From a bacterium (GTDB taxonomy: Bacteria > UBA10199 > 2-02-FULL-50-16 > JAJFLM01): 64,000 nucleotides of DNA. A model generated the notes under the pieces. It saw only the letters and a program-made list of their open reading frames with translations, was not told the DNA's origin and made no database searches. How positions within the stretch are numbered: the stretch's first letter is position 1; the number at the start of each line of letters is the position of its first letter. The DNA lies in NCBI GenBank assembly GCA_965216315.1, contig CBDCFN010000016.1, positions 2,048,001 through 2,112,000 on the forward strand, in the 5' to 3' direction. This document shows positions 57,347-64,000 of the stretch, one piece after another. The position numbers were made by a program, and so were the translations under genes.

Positions 57347-59557
57347 ATGAACGTAGGACTCACTTCAACATTGTCACTGAATAACGCCCTGCTCGCCTCG
57401 GCGAGTACGGCCGTCAATACCGGTACGCAAACGGCTTTTTATACGAGCTCCCCCCAATTGAGCCTGGGGGAAGAAAGCACCACCCTCTACGCCGCGGATC
57501 CCCAGTTTGAGCATTTAGGAAAAAGATCGATGTGGGATAATGCCGGCCTGGACCGTCGTATCCACTCGGCCCACCGCAACCTCGTCACGATGGCCACCGC
57601 CCCGCTCTACTTGGATACTCAGCTCAAACACGCCACGCGCGATCATCAAGGCAAACGCATCGGTCTGCAGATCCAGGGAGACGTATCGGACACACCGAGT
57701 GATTATGAATCCGAATCCCTGGAGACGGTCTTGGATAACCACCCCAAACTCCCGGTCGAAGGATTTGATCGCGGCAATCACAGTAGCGGAAACTTCTTCG
57801 GCGTCTTCAACCTGAGAAGTCGCCTTAATAAATGGGTGCGCAAATGGATCTTTGGCGATCGTGTAGACACCTTTGAAGAACAATTGAATGAAGCCGCAGG
57901 CGGTGCCAAACATGTCCTGACCCCCAAGAAGACCTTTGAGACGATGCATCGGATTCTTCATCGCCATCGCGATGATCGCGGCCAAGTTGTAGAGCGGATC
58001 AATACCGCGGTCCAAAAGGCGGATTACAATGGTTATCGACTCAACAATGGTGAACAGGGACAATTTACCGCAACATCGCTGAATGAAAATTTTCATACCT
58101 TTTGGCACAGTTCTAAAGGCACTAAACTGGCAACACCAAGTGAATCACCTTACTGGGACTGCCTGGTTAACTATCAAGTGGCTGATCTCGATGCGGGCGA
58201 ACGGGGGACTAAGGTCACTCCCTTTTACATCCAAGCGTCTCAAGATGCGCGCTTCAAATTAGAAGACGGACGGGAAGTTCCCGTCTATTCGATCAGTATC
58301 GATACCAGTGACACGGACAACCCCTTTGTGGTTTTTCCCGGCATGTCGGCACTGCAGGTTCGGCTGATCGAGACCTTTATCGATTACGTCCGCCAACACC
58401 AACCGGAGGCCCGCTTTAAGCTCAGCGCCCATTTTCCCGCCGCGCGTATCATCCAACAACCGAAAGGAATTCTGGGTAGAGTATGGAGTTGGATTAATCC
58501 CTTCGTCGATCGTAAAGTCCGGCGCGCCTTCAAGCGCCTGCTCAGCCGCGAAGAGATCATTTTCTTCAATAGCGCCCACACCCACGACCGCGAAGTGAAT
58601 GACCTTACCAAAAGACTCGGGCTTAAACGCAAGACCCCACTGCCTGAAGTAGTGGTTCCTTCGCTGACCGATTATGAACCCGTCCAACCCAAAGGTCAGG
58701 AGCGTCCCCAGGATGGCCGCGCCCTCGCGATTGAGCGTATCTGGACCGAAAAAAATCCGGACGGCACACATGAACTCAAAGTCGATGTAGACTTTAAGGG
58801 TGTCGATCCCGAAGACCTGAGAGACAGGGGACTGACTTCGGAGGTTGAGGCGGCCTTAGCTCCTTATCGCCAGGACGGCAAACATAGTTATCAGCGTACC
58901 CTCGATACGATGTCGGAAAAATTCGGCCGTCCGCGCTGGCTGGGCTTTGGGGGTCAGTTTGGACGCCAGCTCTGGAAAAATTTCTTTAAAAAACGCGCTA
59001 AAAGTGTGTTTCGTTTTATTCATACCGCCGTACTCCCACTCCCCCTCCTTTGGGTTCCTTTCTTTTGGAAACGCCTAAAAAATTATTGGTGGGAACACCC
59101 GTCCATCATCCAAGACATCAAGGATTCCTTAACGACGGTGGCCACGGAACAAATGTTCAATGAGGCGGAGCACCTCCTTCCCTTTCTCCACTCACTGACA
59201 CGCTTTGTCGAAAAAGATGTAGAGGCGGGTCACATCGCCTCTGAAGCGATACTCTTAGGCTTGAGAGAAATTTCACGAGATCTGAATGCTCAATTAGAAG
59301 CAAGGCGTTACACCTTTAACGCCGCCGTTGCAGCAGGCGAGGATGCGGCACGCCTGGCCACGTTTAACGATTTACTTGAAACCTCCAGAGTCTTTCGCCT
59401 GCCTTCATTGCTCGTCGGCCTCAAAGAGGATAGTGAAGCCCGCGCCTTTGCAGTGATGGTCGGCCTCGAGGCATCCGAGGTTGAATACAAATTTCAAGGG
59501 TTGAAACCTACGACTGTACCGAACGATGCACTGAATTTTACTGTACCTCTAGGATAA
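57347..59557 (+). CDS. Divergent calcineurin-like metallophosphoesterase, paralogue 1
   Basis: ADPQ, GDVSD, GNHS, AHFP, AHTH in canonical order. Confidence 0.7.
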   Translation: MNVGLTSTLSLNNALLASASTAVNTGTQTAFYTSSPQLSLGEESTTLYAADPQFEHLGKRSMWDNAGLDRRIHSAHRNLVTMATAPLYLDTQLKHATRDHQGKRIGLQIQGDVSDTPSDYESESLETVLDNHPKLPVEGFDRGNHSSGNFFGVFNLRSRLNKWVRKWIFGDRVDTFEEQLNEAAGGAKHVLTPKKTFETMHRILHRHRDDRGQVVERINTAVQKADYNGYRLNNGEQGQFTATSLNENFHTFWHSSKGTKLATPSESPYWDCLVNYQVADLDAGERGTKVTPFYIQASQDARFKLEDGREVPVYSISIDTSDTDNPFVVFPGMSALQVRLIETFIDYVRQHQPEARFKLSAHFPAARIIQQPKGILGRVWSWINPFVDRKVRRAFKRLLSREEIIFFNSAHTHDREVNDLTKRLGLKRKTPLPEVVVPSLTDYEPVQPKGQERPQDGRALAIERIWTEKNPDGTHELKVDVDFKGVDPEDLRDRGLTSEVEAALAPYRQDGKHSYQRTLDTMSEKFGRPRWLGFGGQFGRQLWKNFFKKRAKSVFRFIHTAVLPLPLLWVPFFWKRLKNYWWEHPSIIQDIKDSLTTVATEQMFNEAEHLLPFLHSLTRFVEKDVEAGHIASEAILLGLREISRDLNAQLEARRYTFNAAVAAGEDAARLATFNDLLETSRVFRLPSLLVGLKEDSEARAFAVMVGLEASEVEYKFQGLKPTTVPNDALNFTVPLG

Positions 59558-59570
59558 GGCGCTTACTGAT

Positions 59571-61799
59571 ATGATCGGCGGACTCGCACAATCACTGCAC
59601 GCATCGAGCACTGCCAGCCTGATGCTCGCAAGCTGCATCATTCAACCGGGAGAGGTCTGCAGAACGATATACGTTTCCGATACCCAGTTGCAGCATCTCG
59701 GGCGCCGACCGTTTACGGATAACCCGCTCATCAAACGACTTTCTCCCCCCGCCGACCGCAATGTCATCGCCACTCAAACAGCAGACGTCTTTATTGACGA
59801 GCTACTCCGCCAAACCTGTGCAAAATTGCAACAAGAGGAACAAGCGACAGCCGAACGGGCACCGACTCACCTCCCTTCAGCAGAACCTCATGATGAATCA
59901 CACAAAATTAAGTCCTCACGAATCAATACGATTGTGCTCGGTGACATGGCGGACACGCCGATTAAAAGTGAATACCTCCGCTTTGAACAACTGATGAATG
60001 GACACCCCCTAGATGTCCGAGTCGTCGTACGCGGCAATCACAGCAGTGCCAACGCCTTTGGCGTCGTCAATCTCCAAAGTCGTAAATACCGGAAATTGCG
60101 CGGTACGCGTGGACTCCGCCAATACTCACTGCGTGCCGAGGTCGAAGAGGTTGCCGGCAAACCGAAGTATTTACTCTCAGGCCATGGAACATTTAATGGG
60201 ATGCGCCGCTTGATCCATGACAACGAACAAAGCGCGCCGAGCCTAAATGATATCAACGTCAGTATCGCCGCAGCGGACTATGACGGCTATGCTCTCCCCG
60301 GAAGTGCAGATAAAATTCCCTTTGATGAGGCCCATCGCGCTCAGAACTTCACCACCTTCTGGAAACCCGTTATCAGACAAGACCCGGCTAAAAATGAACA
60401 GCCCAGCTGGGAGTGCCTCGTTAACTGTCAGGAAATCGACCGCGAAGAGGCTGATCGAGAAACACCTGTAACCCCTTTCTATATTCAGGCTACGGAACAA
60501 TCGCGCTTTCATTTAAAGGACGGTTCCGAGATCCCGGTCTATACGATCAGTATGGATGGTCTCGACAACAATAATTTGCTGCCTGCTATCAACGCGGAGA
60601 TGTCGGAATTGCAAATTCGCGCCATTGAAACCTTTATGGACCAGATGCTGCAGCAAAATCCGCAAGCCCGTTTCAAATTAGCCTGCCACTATTCGAGTCA
60701 GGAAATGCTCAAATCACCCTGGATCCGACGTTGGCGCGGCCGGCGCATGCGCAAGGCCTTGCGCCGCCTGCTCAGCCGCGAAGAAGTCATTCTCTATACC
60801 TATGGTCATACCCATGAGCGCGAGGTCGTCGACCTCAACAAAGAACTCAAACTCAAGCGTAAAACTCCGTTGATGCAGGTGAATGTCCCGTCCTTAATCG
60901 ACTATCACCCGGTGAAAGATGAACAAGCAAAAGTCGAGGCCTACCCCTACCGGGATGCGCGCGCGCTAATGATCGAAAGAACGTACGTCGAACAAAATGA
61001 TGACGGTGACGCTGAGTTAAAAATCGACCTTCAATTCAATGGCATTAATTGGGATGACATGAAAGACGAGGGACTCACGGACAAAGTTAAAGAAGCCCTC
61101 AAAGAGTATCGCGAAAACTACGGCTATGCGCGCTCCGTCGAAACCATGCACCTCTTACGCAAGCAACACTTCTGGGGTTGGATTCATAGTCATTGGAAGC
61201 GCGGGGGTGAGGCTATCTGGGGTTCATTAAGCGACTTGATCAAGCTTCCCGTAAACGCCTTTAACAAATACTTACGCGGTACTTACGACGGCCCCCTGTT
61301 CGCCTACTGGAATGACGTTTCATTCTTCAAATATATCATCGACAACTTCACTGTCGTCTCAACGGTCAAGATGTTCAGTGAGGCCCTTTATCTGAGACAC
61401 TTCATCAAATCGTTGGAAACCCTCATCGAGGATGATAACGATCCCGAAGAACTCGCGATCGCAGCGCAACTCAAAAGCATGCGTATCGCCCTAACCGATG
61501 AGTACGCCGACCGCCGCCATGATTTTGAAGCCGCCCTCAACAGCGGCGAGCGCCCCTCGGAGCTGCGCCAATACAATGATCTCTTTGAACGCACCCGCAC
61601 CTACGAGCTCTGTAAGCTGCTCCTCCAACTCAAACCGGGCGGCCAGGCCCGCGCCTTCGCCGTGATTGCCGGCATCCAGGCCTCCCGAGAAGAATTTGAA
61701 TATCATAAGAAGAAACCGACCGAGATACCCAACAAGATCCCGACGATCTCCATCCCGATCGGACGGACCCAGGCGAGCCAACAGGCCGTCGGTGGCTAG
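59571..61799 (+). CDS. Divergent calcineurin-like metallophosphoesterase, paralogue 2
   Basis: SDTQ, GDMAD, GNHS, CHYS, GHTH; colinear similarity with the upstream gene. Confidence 0.7.
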   Translation: MIGGLAQSLHASSTASLMLASCIIQPGEVCRTIYVSDTQLQHLGRRPFTDNPLIKRLSPPADRNVIATQTADVFIDELLRQTCAKLQQEEQATAERAPTHLPSAEPHDESHKIKSSRINTIVLGDMADTPIKSEYLRFEQLMNGHPLDVRVVVRGNHSSANAFGVVNLQSRKYRKLRGTRGLRQYSLRAEVEEVAGKPKYLLSGHGTFNGMRRLIHDNEQSAPSLNDINVSIAAADYDGYALPGSADKIPFDEAHRAQNFTTFWKPVIRQDPAKNEQPSWECLVNCQEIDREEADRETPVTPFYIQATEQSRFHLKDGSEIPVYTISMDGLDNNNLLPAINAEMSELQIRAIETFMDQMLQQNPQARFKLACHYSSQEMLKSPWIRRWRGRRMRKALRRLLSREEVILYTYGHTHEREVVDLNKELKLKRKTPLMQVNVPSLIDYHPVKDEQAKVEAYPYRDARALMIERTYVEQNDDGDAELKIDLQFNGINWDDMKDEGLTDKVKEALKEYRENYGYARSVETMHLLRKQHFWGWIHSHWKRGGEAIWGSLSDLIKLPVNAFNKYLRGTYDGPLFAYWNDVSFFKYIIDNFTVVSTVKMFSEALYLRHFIKSLETLIEDDNDPEELAIAAQLKSMRIALTDEYADRRHDFEAALNSGERPSELRQYNDLFERTRTYELCKLLLQLKPGGQARAFAVIAGIQASREEFEYHKKKPTEIPNKIPTISIPIGRTQASQQAVGG

Positions 61800-61921
61800 A
61801 AGCTAACAACCCCGACCAAAAGACTCAGCATTCTACGTGACAGGTCCTTCCATTCCGTGCTAAAAAAGCCCGATTTTGCGCACAATATCCGCAACTTTTA
61901 TGATTATTTGCATCTAATCTG

Positions 61922-62497
61922 ATGAAAGAAGACGAAAAAAAACTGAAGGCCTTGCGGGCCAAGGATGCTCAAGCCTATCAGGAGTTGATTAGCGAGGTTG
62001 GCGATTCGCTCTACAATGTGGCATTTCGTATCGTTAAGAACGCCGAAAAGGCTCGCGAGGTCGTTCAGGAGGCCTTGCTGAAGATGGTTAAAAATATTGA
62101 TCGTTTTGAAGGTCGGTCGAGTCTCAAGACCTGGTTGTATCGCATCGCGGTCAATGAAGCGCTCATGTCGATACGCAAGGAACTTCCACGGCTTGATGAT
62201 CCTATTGAAGAACTCATGCCCCAGTACGATGCGAAGATTACCAAGGAAAATCTCCCCAATTGGGCCCAAGACCCCGAAAAGCTGGCGAGCGATGCGCAGT
62301 TTCAAAATTTTTATGCGGACGCCGTCGAACAGTTGCCCGAAACTTTACGCACGGCTTACATTCTGAAGGACGTCGATGGGCTCTCCGAGAATGAAATCTG
62401 CGAGATCCTGGGCATTACCAAATCCGCCGTCAAAAACCGGGCTCACCGTGCGCGCTTACTCTTAAGAACTGTAATAGGAGAGCGCTATGGGAACTAA
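61922..62497 (+). CDS. ECF sigma-70 factor
   Basis: VVQEALL...FEGRSSLKTWLYRIAVN; region 4 EICEILG...VKNRAHRAR. Confidence 0.93.
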   Translation: MKEDEKKLKALRAKDAQAYQELISEVGDSLYNVAFRIVKNAEKAREVVQEALLKMVKNIDRFEGRSSLKTWLYRIAVNEALMSIRKELPRLDDPIEELMPQYDAKITKENLPNWAQDPEKLASDAQFQNFYADAVEQLPETLRTAYILKDVDGLSENEICEILGITKSAVKNRAHRARLLLRTVIGERYGN

Positions 62498-62753
62498 ACT
62501 CATCCATTCCTTCATGAAGTTGATGGGATTTGGTTCCTGCGTGCAAGTCGTAGAGGAATGTTACGACTATTCAGAAGGCACCCTCAAGAGTGGTAAAAAA
62601 CGCCGGATCAAACGCCATCTCAAAATCTGTCCGCCTTGTGTGCGTTTTGTCGCGACCTACCGTGCCGTCCAACTTCTGGGCAAAACCATCAAGCCGGAAA
62701 AACTCTCCGAAGAACAGAAACAGCAATTACTTGAAGGATTGAATTTGAAATGA
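62487..62753 (+). CDS. zf-HC2 zinc-finger anti-sigma factor (soluble)
   Basis: C...HLKICPPC (HxxxCxxC); overlaps the sigma stop. Confidence 0.85.
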   Translation: MGTKLIHSFMKLMGFGSCVQVVEECYDYSEGTLKSGKKRRIKRHLKICPPCVRFVATYRAVQLLGKTIKPEKLSEEQKQQLLEGLNLK

Positions 62754-62762
62754 TCCCCGCCT

Positions 62763-63422
62763 TCAACCGTACATCTGCGCATTATGCGTCTCTTCAAACG
62801 CTTTAATCTCGGCCTCATGCGCTAACGTCAGTCCGATATCATCAAGCCCCTGGGTCAATCTTTTCTTGGCACCTGCATCAATCTCGAAATGAATCGTCTC
62901 GCGCGCCTCTTCTTCCGGCTCCTCATCGGCCGTATGCAACAAGATCTTTTGCTCCGGCAGATCGACCGTTAGCTCGAGGCGTTCGTTGTGTTTGAGGGCC
63001 TCTTTGATTTGATTAACTTGTTCCACTTCCAATTCGATACATAAGAGCCCGTTCTTCACGCTGTTGTTCCGAAAGATGTCCGCAAAACCGGGAATCGAAT
63101 CCCCCGCCACTGTCACCCGCGGGGCAATCACGACATCAAAGCCATATTGTTTGACCGCCCACACCGCGTGCTCGCGACTCGAACCGCAACCAAAATTGTT
63201 GCCGGCCACTAAGATGCTCGCACCTTCAAAACGGGCTTGATTGAGTTCGAAGTCGGGATTGTCCTTGCCATTCGCCAAGTAACGCCAATCAAAGAAAAGG
63301 CTCTCGCCGTAGCCGGTTTTCTTAATCGACTTGAGAAATTGTTTGGGAATGATCTGATCCGTGTCGATATTACCCCGGTCTAAAAGGGCAACGATTCCGC
63401 GATGTGTCGTGAAGGCTTCCAT
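62763..63422 (-). CDS. leuD: 3-isopropylmalate dehydratase small subunit
   Basis: NIDTDQIIPKQFLK, NFGCGSSREHA, FADIF..N..KNG, GLDDIG. Confidence 0.96.
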   Translation of the reverse strand: MEAFTTHRGIVALLDRGNIDTDQIIPKQFLKSIKKTGYGESLFFDWRYLANGKDNPDFELNQARFEGASILVAGNNFGCGSSREHAVWAVKQYGFDVVIAPRVTVAGDSIPGFADIFRNNSVKNGLLCIELEVEQVNQIKEALKHNERLELTVDLPEQKILLHTADEEPEEEARETIHFEIDAGAKKRLTQGLDDIGLTLAHEAEIKAFEETHNAQMYG

Positions 63423-63425
63423 CGT

Positions 63426-64000
63426 TTAACTCCACTTCCTTATATCCACAAAATGCCCTTCTATCGCCGCTGCCGCCGCCATTTGCGGGGAGACGAGGTG
63501 CGTGCGGCCGCCCTTGCCTTGGCGTCCTTCGAAGTTGCGATTGGACGTTGAGGCACACCGCTGACCCGGCTGCAAGACATCCGCATTCATCGCCAAACAC
63601 ATACTACATCCGGGTTCGCGCCAATCCGCTCCCGCCTCCTTAAAGATTGCATCAAGACCTTCGGCTTCCGCCTGTTTTTTGACGGCAAACGAGCCGGGCA
63701 CGATCATGGCATTAACACCCTTATTGACTTTGCGCCCCTGGAATATTTCCGCTGCAGCCCGCAAGTCCTCGATGCGGGCATTCGTACAACTCCCGATAAA
63801 AACAACATCGACCTGGATGTCACTGACAGGCTGATTCGCTGTCAGTCCCATATATTCGAGGGCACGTTGTGCGTCTTCTTTGGAAACTGTCTTGAGCGAT
63901 CCTGGTTCGGGAACATGATCCGCAACACCCATCGTCATACCGGGGCTCGTTCCCCAAGTCACCTGGGGCGATAAGGCGGCGGTATCAATGCTCAACTCGC
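63426..64000 (-). CDS. leuC: 3-isopropylmalate dehydratase large subunit (5' truncated by window edge)
   Basis: [45 protein letters not shown]. Confidence 0.96.
   Translation of the reverse strand, partial: ELSIDTAALSPQVTWGTSPGMTMGVADHVPEPGSLKTVSKEDAQRALEYMGLTANQPVSDIQVDVVFIGSCTNARIEDLRAAAEIFQGRKVNKGVNAMIVPGSFAVKKQAEAEGLDAIFKEAGADWREPGCSMCLAMNADVLQPGQRCASTSNRNFEGRQGKGGRTHLVSPQMAAAAAIEGHFVDIRKWS

Noticed and set aside
61891..61916. GCAAC...CATCTA as an autoregulatory ECF promoter
   Set aside because: Plausible position, but a single instance cannot be told from chance without the ECF group consensus.
63085..63125. Roughly 10-aa insertion in LeuD before FADIF as another palindromic insertion
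   Set aside because: The DNA is not palindromic and is unrelated to the GCCTGCC element; likely an ordinary loop variant.

Overview
Gene-dense bacterial chromosome segment (about 50% GC by eye). The gene content (myxobacterial-type Cys-rich/TSP3 lipoproteins, RRM RNA-binding protein, mlaEFD with an upstream lipoprotein) suggests a former 'Deltaproteobacteria'-type lineage; this is inference only. From left to right: (1) a GT4 plus GDP-heptose operon (hddA-hddC-gmhA-gmhB) facing a radical SAM gene; (2) an MMPL / AEP-transaminase-like / CDP-alcohol phosphotransferase / flippase-like lipid cluster; (3) a block of surface lipoproteins with sigma54-type promoters, interrupted by an ORF6N mini-cassette flanked by a duplicated gene end; (4) mixed metabolic genes, mlaEFD, tRNA-Glu(CTC), trhP, copA and 2-oxoacid:ferredoxin oxidoreductase; (5) a hypoxia/dormancy-like block (P2-type ATPase, nrdJ, formate dehydrogenase, ABC exporter, USP, cardiolipin synthase, APH-AAA kinase); (6) arsR with an unannotated 40-aa, 10-Cys ORF that copies the ArsR C-terminal helix; (7) two tandem divergent metallophosphoesterase paralogues; (8) ECF sigma/anti-sigma, leuD and partial leuC. 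No CRISPR array, rRNA, integrase or transposase was seen. All calls come from motif recognition by eye; no searches were run.
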